From a virus (Duplodnaviria; Caudoviricetes), in IMG/VR virus record IMGVR_UViG_3300027754_002641, positions 1 to 58,683 of that record: DNA of 58,683 nt; one strand, 5' to 3'. The number at the start of each line of letters is the position of its first letter. Position 1 is the first letter of the stretch. The position numbers and the translations under genes are program-made. Of the stretch, positions 1 to 8,641 are shown one piece after another. The notes under the pieces were generated by a model. That model had not been told where the DNA came from and did not search any database. It saw nothing but the letters and a program-made list of their open reading frames with translations.

Positions 1-46
1 TGTGTTCGCGCACCTGGGTGATTCGGTGGAGCATGAGAGTGCTCAT
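1..46 (-). CDS. Partial hypothetical protein (N-terminus; runs off left edge)
   Basis: ATG at 44-46 overlaps the TGA of the 43..387 ORF (ATGA coupling); reads MSTLMLHRITQVREH to the edge. Confidence 0.5.
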   Translation of the reverse strand, partial: MSTLMLHRITQVREH

Positions 47-387
47 AAGGTTACTCCCGTGATGGTGGCGGTGAGGCGGGCCGTTGTCTGGGCGCGTAGG
101 TCGGGGGTCGGGCGGTAGCGGTCAAATGATCGGACCAGGCTGTCCGCGTTGGGTCGCGCGTGCTCGTCTGTGAGGTCGTCGGGCGAGACGGGATACCCGG
201 CGGCGTCTCGGGCGCTGATCCACAGCCCGGCGTCACAGTCCTCCTCCAGGTAAACCCAGCCGCCGTTCTGATAGCTGTACTTGCTGACTTGGTAAGCGAT
301 CCCCAGCGCGGTGATTTCGTCGCGGGGGACTTCTATCCAGCCGTGTCCAGGGTCTTGCAGGTAACGGTATCGGGCGAGCGGTTTCAT
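43..387 (-). CDS. Conserved phage hypothetical protein
   Basis: 114 aa ORF with DPGHGW and YLEEDCDA motifs typical of a small phage protein family; GGAG RBS upstream. Confidence 0.7.
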   Translation of the reverse strand: MKPLARYRYLQDPGHGWIEVPRDEITALGIAYQVSKYSYQNGGWVYLEEDCDAGLWISARDAAGYPVSPDDLTDEHARPNADSLVRSFDRYRPTPDLRAQTTARLTATITGVTL

Positions 388-439
388 GGGGGCGGCTCCG
401 ATTCGGTTGCGGTTAACCGGACAAAATGTCCGGGGGTGT

Positions 440-469
440 CCCGTAGCACGGTGGGGCGAGCCGGGGCAA
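440..469 (-). promoter_or_regulatory. Putative early promoter (TTGCCC-N18-TACGGG, with TG extension)
   Basis: Same architecture and spacing as the element at 2329-2358. Confidence 0.45.
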
Positions 470-550
470 TAGGGTGGAACGGGTGATTTATAGCTAATAA
501 GAAATGAGGGGGGTCAGACCTGAAAGGTCTAGTCTTATCAGTATGTTAGT

Positions 551-600
551 AATTAATATAATTAATAAATATATATATATACTCTCTCTCTCTCTCTCTC
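551..600. repeat. AT-rich tract with (AT)n and (CT)n microsatellites
   Basis: aattaatataattaataaatatatatatatactctctctctctctctctc in an otherwise GC-rich genome. Confidence 0.9.
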
Positions 601-907
601 CCTAGGGTTGTACGTGTATGTAGTACACTATTACAGGTTGTAAGGGGGTCTTAAGGGGGTACATCTATTTACAGGGTTAAAGGTCCGTACCCGCCCGCCC
701 CGAAATCTATAATTAAAATCTGTTATTAATTAACCTACTGAAAACAAACGATAAAAGTGCCATATTAGGGCGTATTGTCCGCAATTCTTAGCGGTGAATA
801 ATTCGGCGGGAGGCGGTTTACGGCTATACTAGGGCGATCTGTCCGTGTTACGGGGTCGGTGCTCCCTGGCATTGTGCCGGGGGGCCTAACATTGATGGAG
901 CTACCCA

Positions 908-1966
908 ATGAAGTACGGAAAAAGCCTCTCCGCCCTGGCGGCGGAGATTGATCGCCAGTCCAACGCAAAGAGGGATTTCGTCGCGGCTACTCGGTCGCTG
1001 TCGATGGTGGTCGATAACGGCGCGGCCAAGCTGGAGGTGCCCGGCGTCGGCCCGTTCGCAATCAACGGGCACGCGGCGGGCCAGGTCGCGGCGCATCTGG
1101 ACATCCCGAAACGGTACTTTGACCGGATGGCACAAAGCCGCCCGGCGCTGTTGGCTGAGAATGTGAACACCTGGTTGCAGGCCGAGGACAGCAAAACGCG
1201 GCGCATGGTCCGCACGTTGGATGGGGGCGCGCGGGCGTTCCTGTCTGATCGCTTCCAGCCGTTTGACAATGATCTGATCGCCAGCGCGGCGCTGGAGACG
1301 TTGCAGGAAGTGGCGCCCGGCATGGTGATCCGGTCGGCTGACCTGACGCCTACCAAGCTTTACATCAAGGCGTCGTTCCCCACGGTCCAGCGTGAGGTGA
1401 AAAAGGGGGATGTGGTCGAATCGGGCGTTTTGATTTCAAACAGTGAGGTTGGAGCGGGTGCGGTCGATGTGGCTCCGTTCAGCACTCGGCTCGTTTGTCT
1501 TAACGGGATGAAACACACTGCGTTCGGCGCTCGCCGGAACCATGTGGGCCGCGTCGTGGGTGGTCAGGATGGGGCTGAGATATTCCAGAGCGATACCCTG
1601 CGGGCTGACGTTCGGGCGTTCCTGTTGCGGCTGCGGGACGTTATCAAAGCGACGGTTGACCCGGTTCAGTTCGCGGCCATTGTCGAACAGATGGCGGAGT
1701 CCGCTGGCCAGCGTATCGAGGGGGACGTGGTCAAGGTGGTCGACGTTACCGCTAAGCGGCTCGCGTTGTCCGATGGTGAGAAGTCCGGCGTCCTGCGCCA
1801 TTTGATCGAAGGCGGTGATCTGTCTCGCTGGGGCCTCGCCAACGCCATCACCCGCGCGGCTGCTGACTGCGAGGACTATGATCGGGCGTCTGACCTTGAA
1901 GCGTTCGGGGGCCGGGTGGTTGAGATGCCGCAAGCGTCATGGCGGGAGATCGCCGTCGCGGCGTAG
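908..1966 (+). CDS. DUF932/DUF945-family phage/plasmid protein
   Basis: 352 aa; RAFLSDRF, SNSEVG, RLVCLNG motifs; GGAG RBS; terminator follows. Confidence 0.75.
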   Translation: MKYGKSLSALAAEIDRQSNAKRDFVAATRSLSMVVDNGAAKLEVPGVGPFAINGHAAGQVAAHLDIPKRYFDRMAQSRPALLAENVNTWLQAEDSKTRRMVRTLDGGARAFLSDRFQPFDNDLIASAALETLQEVAPGMVIRSADLTPTKLYIKASFPTVQREVKKGDVVESGVLISNSEVGAGAVDVAPFSTRLVCLNGMKHTAFGARRNHVGRVVGGQDGAEIFQSDTLRADVRAFLLRLRDVIKATVDPVQFAAIVEQMAESAGQRIEGDVVKVVDVTAKRLALSDGEKSGVLRHLIEGGDLSRWGLANAITRAAADCEDYDRASDLEAFGGRVVEMPQASWREIAVAA

Positions 1967-1992
1967 CCTGTCGCTTTAGGCTTCTCCGATCT

Positions 1993-2022
1993 GGGGGCCG
2001 CTCGAAAGGGCGGTCCCCTTTT
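1993..2022 (+). terminator. Rho-independent terminator
   Basis: GGGGGCCGCTC-GAAA-GGGCGGTCCCC-TTTT. Confidence 0.85.
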
Positions 2023-2039
2023 CGTTCCCCCAGACAGCC

Positions 2040-2066
2040 AAAAACCCCGCTGGTTTCCCGGCGGGG
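2040..2066 (-). terminator. Rho-independent terminator for convergent gene
   Basis: CCCCGCTGG-TTTC-CCGGCGGGG preceded by an A-run on the + strand. Confidence 0.75.
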
Positions 2067-2094
2067 CTGGCTTGGGAAAGGGGGTGGGGGCCGG

Positions 2095-2277
2095 TTATGC
2101 GGCGATGATGGCGGCGGTCTTGAGGAACGCCTTCTTGTGGAAGGTAGATGCTTTGGCGAGGGCGGCGAGGGCGGCTTCCTGAGAGGTGAAAGTCGTGGCG
2201 CGCTCGCGGTACTCAGTCACGATGGGGGAGCGCAGGAACCAAGTCTTGCCGTTCTGAGAGAGGGTGACGACGAACAT
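2095..2277 (-). CDS. Small hypothetical early protein (60 aa)
   Basis: ATG at 2277 with AGGAG RBS; own promoter and terminator. Confidence 0.65.
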   Translation of the reverse strand: MFVVTLSQNGKTWFLRSPIVTEYRERATTFTSQEAALAALAKASTFHKKAFLKTAAIIAA

Positions 2278-2328
2278 TGCGGTATCTCCTGTTTCGTTTG
2301 TTTCGTTTGGGATCGCATCGGGACCGAT

Positions 2329-2358
2329 CCCGTAACATGCGGGAACGGGTGCGGTCAA
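2329..2358 (-). promoter_or_regulatory. Putative early promoter TTGACC-N18-TACGGG
   Basis: Near-consensus -35; TGTTACGGG extended -10-like element shared with 440-469 and 843-860. Confidence 0.5.
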
Positions 2359-2538
2359 TATGTCCTGGTGTCTTTTGGTCGATTTATTTTGTGGGGGTGG
2401 GAAGCGCGCCCCCCTTTCCCCTGCCGCTCCTCGGGGCGCTGGTCCGCGAGGGCTGCGGATTATAGCCCGGCGGCTACCTAGGGCCTAGCCTGCGGGCGCC
2501 TCATCAAAACGGGTATATTTTTTTAGCACATCAATCAG

Positions 2539-2571
2539 ACATGTAAAAAAAACGCTGATATTTTTACATGT
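2539..2571. promoter_or_regulatory. Perfect 11-bp inverted repeat (operator-like)
   Basis: ACATGTAAAAA-N11-TTTTTACATGT. Confidence 0.55.
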
Positions 2572-2624
2572 TTAGCTAACGTGCGCTGCCGCCTGCCGCC
2601 TGTCGCGCGGCATCCCCCCGCTAC

Positions 2625-2686
2625 CCGATCGCTGCCAATCGCTGCCGATCCGCGTGCCTGGTCGCGTGCCTGGTCGCGTGCCTGGT
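2625..2686. repeat. Short tandem repeats (10-bp x2.5, 12-bp x3)
   Basis: CC[G/A]ATCGCTG units followed by CGCGTGCCTGGT x3. Confidence 0.85.
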
Positions 2687-2949
2687 ACGACAACCGATGG
2701 CTGTGCTGCGGTGCAGCATGGTTGTGGCCATGCGCCAATGGGCCAGCGCCAGACCGGGGCCGACCCCCACGGAGGCGGAACGGCGGGCCGGGGCCGGTGC
2801 CCAGTCCCAATCTCACCCCCTCCGCCCCGTTCCCAAATTTTTTTTACAAAACCGTTTCCAAATTTATTTACACAAATTAATTTCAAAAACCGTTTGACGG
2901 CTACACACTCAATGTGCAACGTGTGTGTATTGCAACGATGAGGTACGCC

Positions 2950-3372
2950 ATGCCCCCGACCAAGCTGAACGCGCAAATCCTAAAAGAGTTAAAGGGCCGG
3001 AGGGACATATGGCTGGATAACGTATCGGACGAGGCGGTTGAGTGCGGCTCGCCCGCGATTCGGGGTATTCAACTCCGGCGCGCTAAGGAGAGTGAGACGC
3101 GGGGTGCGGACGGGTATCACCCGTATCACTATGTTGGGTGGTTGTATTACGGCCAGGCGTTTGCGATCGAGACGGAGTTTCGCAACAGCAAGAATCCACT
3201 GACGCAGGTCCAGTTGGATTGGATGGATGATTTTTCAGCCAAGGGCGGGTTGTACATTGAGGCGCGTAATGTTGACGACGCGTTAGCGAAGGGCGCATTG
3301 GGGCGCAGCGAGCCGCAGCCGTGGAATGACTACGAGCGGCGTGTAACGGCGATTAAGATGCAGGACCGTTAA
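2950..3372 (+). CDS. VRR-NUC-like protein, catalytic motif degenerate
   Basis: AFAIETE...LTQVQLDW...KGGLYIEARNVDDA matches the VRR-NUC C-terminal pattern; start uncertain (2914-2950). Confidence 0.55.
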   Translation: MPPTKLNAQILKELKGRRDIWLDNVSDEAVECGSPAIRGIQLRRAKESETRGADGYHPYHYVGWLYYGQAFAIETEFRNSKNPLTQVQLDWMDDFSAKGGLYIEARNVDDALAKGALGRSEPQPWNDYERRVTAIKMQDR

Positions 3373-3719
3373 TGAGGGGACATTTTATGAAGTCGAAGAA
3401 GACGATGGAGAACAACCCGCCAGAGAAGGCGCGGGAGAAAGCCCGGCTCGATTATCTACAGAAGGGTAAGTACGCGTTTACGATCGGCAAAGGCCCTGGC
3501 CCTAATGAGGTGGGGGGAGCTACGCCCCCCTCCGGCCCGTCCCCTGTTACCGGCATGGCGACAGGCATTGTTTTCAAGAAAGGCCGTCCACTGACACGGG
3601 CGGTTAATTTGCCGCCGATTAAAGACCGGGAGAAGAAGATTCAGGAATTTCTCAATCGCAAGAAGGCGGAGCAGGCGGAGCGGGCTGCAACAGCGGCCCG
3701 GAAGAAGGAGGGCAAATGA
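3372..3719 (+). CDS. Basic hypothetical protein
   Basis: 115 aa Lys-rich ORF coupled to neighbours. Confidence 0.6.
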   Translation: MRGHFMKSKKTMENNPPEKAREKARLDYLQKGKYAFTIGKGPGPNEVGGATPPSGPSPVTGMATGIVFKKGRPLTRAVNLPPIKDREKKIQEFLNRKKAEQAERAATAARKKEGK

Positions 3720-3967
3720 CCACAGACACAACAAAAACCCGGCAGTCGATAAAAGGCCGCAATGATATTGAGGTGCTGGGAGAATGGGCATCCGTCGTGG
3801 AACACTTCTCCGGCTCGTTGAATACGGCGTCCATACTACTCTGCGACATCCTCGACGAACAACGGAAGTTGAATGACCACATGCGCGCGCTGGCGGACAA
3901 CATGGCGCTGTCCATGACGCCGATGATGATGGTCGACAGCGCCGGTCGCGGGCCGGGGGAGATATGA
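3716..3967 (+). CDS. Hypothetical protein
   Basis: ATGA overlap; AGGAGG RBS. Confidence 0.65.
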   Translation: MTTDTTKTRQSIKGRNDIEVLGEWASVVEHFSGSLNTASILLCDILDEQRKLNDHMRALADNMALSMTPMMMVDSAGRGPGEI

Positions 3968-4041
3968 CCTACGACCACTACCTTCTCTGGGCCATTATAT
4001 GTCTCGCCGTTATTCACCTTTGGCAGGTTCACAGCAAATGA
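3964..4041 (+). CDS. 25-aa hydrophobic peptide (not in ORF track)
   Basis: MTYDHYLLWAIICLAVIHLWQVHSK; ATGA overlaps at both ends. Confidence 0.5.
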   Translation: MTYDHYLLWAIICLAVIHLWQVHSK

Positions 4042-4214
4042 CCCCGGTATTCTGGCTGTATATTTTTTACTCAGGCCACGCGGTTGCGATTATTCCGCAG
4101 CCATACCCGACCGAGGCTGATTGCAGGGCGGCGGTTGCTGTTGTTAAAGAACACAAAAACGGGGGTGGCTATGCCGAGTGCATCCCTGGCTTCTGGTGGA
4201 CTGGTCCTAAATAA
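4038..4214 (+). CDS. Small hypothetical protein (hydrophobic N-terminus, two Cys)
   Basis: ATG 4038 coupled to upstream stop; stop abuts the next ATG. Confidence 0.55.
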   Translation: MTPVFWLYIFYSGHAVAIIPQPYPTEADCRAAVAVVKEHKNGGGYAECIPGFWWTGPK

Positions 4215-5351
4215 ATGAAATCCTGCACACGTTGCCTCAACACCGAGACGGCTGACACGATCTCATTCAACAAAGATGGGGCATGTAGCGTCTGTGTTCA
4301 GGTTGACCATAAGCTGACGGCGGTTGATTGGAACGAGCGCAAGATGGATTTGCACCGGCTCATCACCACGGCCCGTGCGCGCAATGGGCAGTACGATTGC
4401 ATTGTTCCGTTTAGCGGCGGCAAGGACTCGACGTATCAGCTTTGGTATGTGGTGACGCAGTTGCGATTGAGGCCGCTGGTTGTGCGATATAACCATTGGG
4501 GCAACCGTCCGCAGTTGGAGCGGAACAATGCGCGGGTGTTCAAACAATTGGGCGTTGAGGTGTTGGACTTCAAACCGAATTGGAAAGTTGTGCAGGCAAC
4601 GATGTTGGAGGCGCTGACGCGCAAGGGGGACTCCTGCTGGCATTGTCATACTGGGGTGTATTCGTTTCCGATGCACATGGCGATCAAGTTCGATACGCCG
4701 CTTATTTTTTGGGGAGAGAGCCTTAAGGAATACCAATCGTGGCTGGACCCAACTGCGCTGGAGAATGTTGACGAGGTGCGGTTTAACCGGGCGATGAATT
4801 TGGGGATGACTGCGGACGATATGTGGGAGTTTATCAAGGACTCGAACGCCAGCCTGGAACGGCGCGATTTGCATTGGCACGCGTACCCGCCGAAGGCTGA
4901 GTTGGATAAGTTGGGTGTGCAGTCGATTTGTTTAGGAGATTACATCCGGTGGGATACGCAGGGTCAGGTAGCGATCATTAAGGAGCACCTTGGGTGGGAG
5001 GGTGATGTTGTTGAGGGCATCCCGCCGGAGTTTGATTACGAGAAGATTGAGTGCCAGTTCCAGGGCGTTCGGGATTGGCTGAAGTACATCAAGCGCGGAT
5101 TTGGGCGGACGAATCATTTAGCGAACATTGAGATACGGCATGGCCGTATGACGCGGGACGCGGGTGAGAAACTGGCGCGTGAATACGATGGTAAGGAACC
5201 GGCCAGCTTGGGGTGGTTTTTGCAGACGGTTGGGATTACGCGGAATGATTTCTATGAGATTGCGTTGAGCCATGTGGTTGACCCGTGGGTGTTTGAAGGG
5301 TCTGCGTTTGAAACAGGGCCGGAGTTGCCGGATTTCAAACAATGGGTTTGA
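4215..5351 (+). CDS. N-acetyl sugar amidotransferase (WbuX/PseA/PtmG family)
   Basis: N-terminal CxxC...CxxC, YDCIVPFSGGKDS PP-loop, CWHCH, KRGFGR. Confidence 0.9.
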   Translation: MKSCTRCLNTETADTISFNKDGACSVCVQVDHKLTAVDWNERKMDLHRLITTARARNGQYDCIVPFSGGKDSTYQLWYVVTQLRLRPLVVRYNHWGNRPQLERNNARVFKQLGVEVLDFKPNWKVVQATMLEALTRKGDSCWHCHTGVYSFPMHMAIKFDTPLIFWGESLKEYQSWLDPTALENVDEVRFNRAMNLGMTADDMWEFIKDSNASLERRDLHWHAYPPKAELDKLGVQSICLGDYIRWDTQGQVAIIKEHLGWEGDVVEGIPPEFDYEKIECQFQGVRDWLKYIKRGFGRTNHLANIEIRHGRMTRDAGEKLAREYDGKEPASLGWFLQTVGITRNDFYEIALSHVVDPWVFEGSAFETGPELPDFKQWV

Positions 5352-5998
5352 AACGCCGGATCATTGCGAAGTTCCTGATCGAGGACGGCAAGCTTGTTAA
5401 GTACAAGCAGTTCACTCAAGCCCGCCGCACGGCTGGTAACGCCGTGTCTACGGCGCGTACATATGAAGACCTACGTGTCGATGAGATGTACTTCTGCGAC
5501 CTTGGGGTGATTGACCCGGCCATGATACGGGCGGTGACGGCAGATGTGTTCACCCCTGTTACGGTGGCCGGGTCGATCCACTCGATGCGGCAGGTAGACG
5601 AACTGATCCAAGACAGCGGCGCGGATAAGGTGGTCATTCTGCACCGCGCTCTGGCCGAGGCGGTTGCCCAAAAATATGGGCAGCAGGCTGTGGTGTGGCC
5701 TATTGACTATCACACGAAGTGTGTAGAAGATGTTCCAGATTGCGCGGGGGAAGTTCTGCTAACGGACATTGATCGCGACGGCATGGGCAAGGGATTCGAC
5801 TTGGACGTATTGAAGAAGCGGTGGGATGTGCCGGTTATCATTGCCGGTGGCTGCGGGAAGCTGGATCACGCTTTGCAGGCATTCAACGCTGGCGCGGACG
5901 CTGTTGCCATTAGCTCCATGTTTTTTTTCACTGACAAGAGTCCGATTAAGCTCAGAAGCTGGCTTGCCAGCGAGGGCGCGAATGTGAGGAACGTGTGA
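5342..5998 (+). CDS. hisF: HisF-like cyclase-family protein (WbuZ/HisF2 type)
   Basis: GLKRRII, GADKVVI, GEVLLTDIDRDGMGKGFD, PVIIAGGCG; adjacent to the amidotransferase. Confidence 0.85.
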   Translation: MGLKRRIIAKFLIEDGKLVKYKQFTQARRTAGNAVSTARTYEDLRVDEMYFCDLGVIDPAMIRAVTADVFTPVTVAGSIHSMRQVDELIQDSGADKVVILHRALAEAVAQKYGQQAVVWPIDYHTKCVEDVPDCAGEVLLTDIDRDGMGKGFDLDVLKKRWDVPVIIAGGCGKLDHALQAFNAGADAVAISSMFFFTDKSPIKLRSWLASEGANVRNV

Positions 5999-6279
5999 CC
6001 AACGAACCGACTGAGATGGAGTTGAGGGTGGCGCACGCGATATATGAACGAGCCACTGTAATGCCAAACGGTCAACTTCATTTGATGAAGAAGAAACCGT
6101 GGGAAAAACTTCAGAACATCAGCAGAGTAAAATATCTGAACGATGCCCGTGCCGCGATTCGGGCGATGCGGGAGCCGACAACGGAGATGAAAGATGCTGG
6201 TCATCCCGAAGATGGCCCACTTAAACCATATTTTGCGTGGACAGCTATGATCAACGCAGCCTCGCCGCAGGAGGAGTAG
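5995..6279 (+). CDS. Phage hypothetical protein (EPTEMELRV...AIRAMREPT family)
   Basis: GTG start overlapping upstream stop; paralog at 50105-50383. Confidence 0.65.
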   Translation: MTNEPTEMELRVAHAIYERATVMPNGQLHLMKKKPWEKLQNISRVKYLNDARAAIRAMREPTTEMKDAGHPEDGPLKPYFAWTAMINAASPQEE

Positions 6280-6801
6280 GTGATAGCCTCGCTCCCCATC
6301 CACAAATACGTCTGGGTTGATAGCAGCCATATCCGCACCAATGGCGTTGGCTTTGAGCCAGCCGTGTGGTTTGGCCTAGTCAGCCAGTATGGCCGCGCTT
6401 GGGGTCTGAACGTGATGTTGGAGTGCGGCGCAATTTACCGCAGCCTTCCTCCTCACGCGGTGGCGTTCCGCAAAGACCCAGAGCCGTGGACGATTCAAGA
6501 CGCACAGCTATGGGATTGTTACGCCGACAAATTTCAACTCCACGAATATGTCTACCTACGTGAGGCCCGTGTGAAGACCGGCAAACACAATGGCGTCTAC
6601 CTGTTCACCGCAGCCTTCATTGGAGATGCATTCACCCGCACACCTGAGCAGGGCAAGGAGTTTAGCTTCATCGAGTTGGAGAATGGCCGGTTAACGATCC
6701 AGCCGACGAACCGTACTTTGTTTGAAGACAGGTCATTCACGGTGGATACGGGTGTTCCGAAAGACTTGATGACGCAGACAAGAACATGGTCATGCGAATG
6801 A
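6280..6801 (+). CDS. Conserved phage hypothetical protein
   Basis: 173 aa, AGGAG RBS, abuts upstream stop. Confidence 0.7.
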   Translation: MIASLPIHKYVWVDSSHIRTNGVGFEPAVWFGLVSQYGRAWGLNVMLECGAIYRSLPPHAVAFRKDPEPWTIQDAQLWDCYADKFQLHEYVYLREARVKTGKHNGVYLFTAAFIGDAFTRTPEQGKEFSFIELENGRLTIQPTNRTLFEDRSFTVDTGVPKDLMTQTRTWSCE

Positions 6802-6938
6802 TCCCCGCCAAGTTCATCTGCCTGACAGATCACCCGCAGAACGTCCGATGGGGTGAGGGTTGCGGTAGAGAGTGGGTTGGGACTGGTGTGCGCGGTTGTC
6901 CGTTCTGCGGCGCGCTTTGGGTGAAGAGAATCAAATGA
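6798..6938 (+). CDS. 46-aa Zn-ribbon-like protein (not in ORF track)
   Basis: MIPAKFICLT...GCGREW...GCPFCGALWVKRIK; ATGA overlaps at both ends. Confidence 0.55.
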   Translation: MIPAKFICLTDHPQNVRWGEGCGREWVGTGVRGCPFCGALWVKRIK

Positions 6939-8023
6939 CTTTGTGGCCATATCATTCTGAAGACGAAATCAGCGCGGTAGCTGATGTGCTTCGTTCCGGT
7001 AAGACGAACTACTGGTCCGGCCCGAACGGGCAAGCGTTCGAGGCGGAGTTTGCTGCGTATACCGGGGCGAAGCACGGTCTTGCCGTTACCAACGGCACGA
7101 CGGCGCTGGAAGTTGCGCTTCATGGTTTGCGAATTGTGCCGGGGTCTGAGGTGATTGTTCCGTGCCGGACGTTCATGGCGACGGCGAGCGCGGTTATCAC
7201 CGAGGGCGCTCGGGTGATTCTGGCGGACATCGACCCGGCGACATTGAACGTGACGGTCGAGACGCTGGAGGAGCGGCGCACCACGAAGACGGCGGCCATC
7301 ATCGTTGTCCACTACGCCGGGCTTCCGTGTGACATGAAGGCGATTCGCGAGTGGGCGGACTTCCACAAGATCAGGATCATTGAGGACTGCGCCCACGCCC
7401 ACGGCTCGCGCATTGACGGGCAGCATGTCGGCACGTTTGGCGACATTGGGTGTTTCTCGTTCTGCGTTGGGAAGACCATGAGTACGGGCGGCGAGGGCGG
7501 CATGGTGATTACCAACAATGAGTGGGTACATCGTCGGATGGCTGCACGGCGCGATCACGGGCGGTATCAGATGGTCGGGTCCAAGGACATGACGCAATTC
7601 CAGTGGACGGTTGAGGAGTTTGGTACGAATTTGCGTATGACCGAGATGCAATCCGTCATTGGCCGGTTGCAGTTGAAGAAGCTGGACGGCTGGGTGAACC
7701 GGCGCAATCAGATCGCGACGGCGTATGACAATATTCTTGGCGGCATTCCGGTGCCGCATGGTCAGGTGCATGGCCGGTATATGTATATGTCGTTTGTGGA
7801 TGACCGCGATCGCAAGATGATTGCGTTGCAGGGCATGGGTGTGGCAGCGCGATTGGGCGGTTGCCCCAATATCGGCCATGAGGCCGTGTTCAAGAACGGT
7901 GCCGCGAAGTGCCCCCAGGCCGATGAGATTGGTTGTAGAACGTTGTCTCTGCCGGTGTACCCGACAATGACTGACCGCGATGTTGGGTTGGTCCTGAGCG
8001 CGCTGGAGAAGGTATGCGTTTAG
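6935..8023 (+). CDS. DegT/DnrJ/EryC1/StrS sugar aminotransferase (PglE/LegC role)
   Basis: NGTTAL, IIEDCAHAHG, FSFCVGKTMSTGGEGG PLP-lysine motif; start 6935 chosen by coupling. Confidence 0.92.
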   Translation: MTLWPYHSEDEISAVADVLRSGKTNYWSGPNGQAFEAEFAAYTGAKHGLAVTNGTTALEVALHGLRIVPGSEVIVPCRTFMATASAVITEGARVILADIDPATLNVTVETLEERRTTKTAAIIVVHYAGLPCDMKAIREWADFHKIRIIEDCAHAHGSRIDGQHVGTFGDIGCFSFCVGKTMSTGGEGGMVITNNEWVHRRMAARRDHGRYQMVGSKDMTQFQWTVEEFGTNLRMTEMQSVIGRLQLKKLDGWVNRRNQIATAYDNILGGIPVPHGQVHGRYMYMSFVDDRDRKMIALQGMGVAARLGGCPNIGHEAVFKNGAAKCPQADEIGCRTLSLPVYPTMTDRDVGLVLSALEKVCV

Positions 8024-8487
8024 ACGATCAATGCCTTCAACTCTACCGGCTCGCCCGCGCTGCATGGGCGAGGGGCGATGTTGAAGAGGCTTGTAGACTG
8101 TATGGCAGGCTCCGTGCCGAACACGGGTGCGAGCTTTTCTATGAGGTCAGTCTTCCGCCGGTACATTTGATGTTGGTGCATCCCATTGGGACTGTGCTGG
8201 GACGCGCTACGTACCACGACTATTTGTGCGTCTACCAGAACGTCGGCGTTGGGTCTGACATCGACGGCAACCGGCCTACGATCGGTAGGGGCGTTGTGCT
8301 GTACCCCGGCGCTAAGGTGCTGGGTAATACCATCATTGGGAACAACGTATTCATCACCGCCAACACGGTGGTGCAGAATGTTGTTGTGCCGGACAACAGC
8401 GTCGTGTTCCCAGATGTTAATTCATGCAATTGGAAGCCCACCAAGCGCGATGTTATCCGCGATATTTTCAAGGTGACGAATGAGTAA
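8014..8487 (+). CDS. Hexapeptide-repeat acetyltransferase (serine acetyltransferase-like)
   Basis: HPIGTVLG, YQNVGVG, PTIGRGVVLYPGAKVLGNTIIGNNVFI. Confidence 0.8.
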   Translation: MRLDDQCLQLYRLARAAWARGDVEEACRLYGRLRAEHGCELFYEVSLPPVHLMLVHPIGTVLGRATYHDYLCVYQNVGVGSDIDGNRPTIGRGVVLYPGAKVLGNTIIGNNVFITANTVVQNVVVPDNSVVFPDVNSCNWKPTKRDVIRDIFKVTNE

Positions 8488-8641
8488 GCACTTAAAAAAG
8501 ATGCGGATCAACATTACGATCACGCCGGATTTGCTAAAGCGGATTGATAAGGCTGTGACGCCGTATGAGCGCAGCCGGTTTATCAACGCGGCCTGCCAAG
8601 AAGCTCTCGATAAGATTGAAGCGGGTAAGGGGTCAAAATGA
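8480..8641 (+). CDS. Ribbon-helix-helix DNA-binding protein, 53 aa (not in ORF track)
   Basis: RINITITPDLLKRIDKAV...RSRFINAACQEAL; overlaps upstream gene end and is ATGA-coupled to neuA. Confidence 0.7.
   Translation: MSKHLKKMRINITITPDLLKRIDKAVTPYERSRFINAACQEALDKIEAGKGSK

Noticed and set aside
551-735. CtrA boxes (TTAA-N7-TTAA)
   Set aside because: TTAA pairs inspected have 0, 5 or 9-nt spacing, not 7.
2625-2686. Possible CRISPR array
   Set aside because: Repeats are 10-12 bp and contiguous, with no spacers.
5342-5998. Histidine-biosynthesis auxiliary gene
   Set aside because: Coupled to a WbuX-type amidotransferase; this is the glycan-locus HisF subtype.
6830-8065. 411-aa minus-strand ORF (and similar ones at 8422-9318, 18598-19551, 24294-25142)
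   Set aside because: Antisense to well-supported genes.
8014-8487. cysE for cysteine synthesis
   Set aside because: Only the hexapeptide domain is present, and the context is sugar modification.
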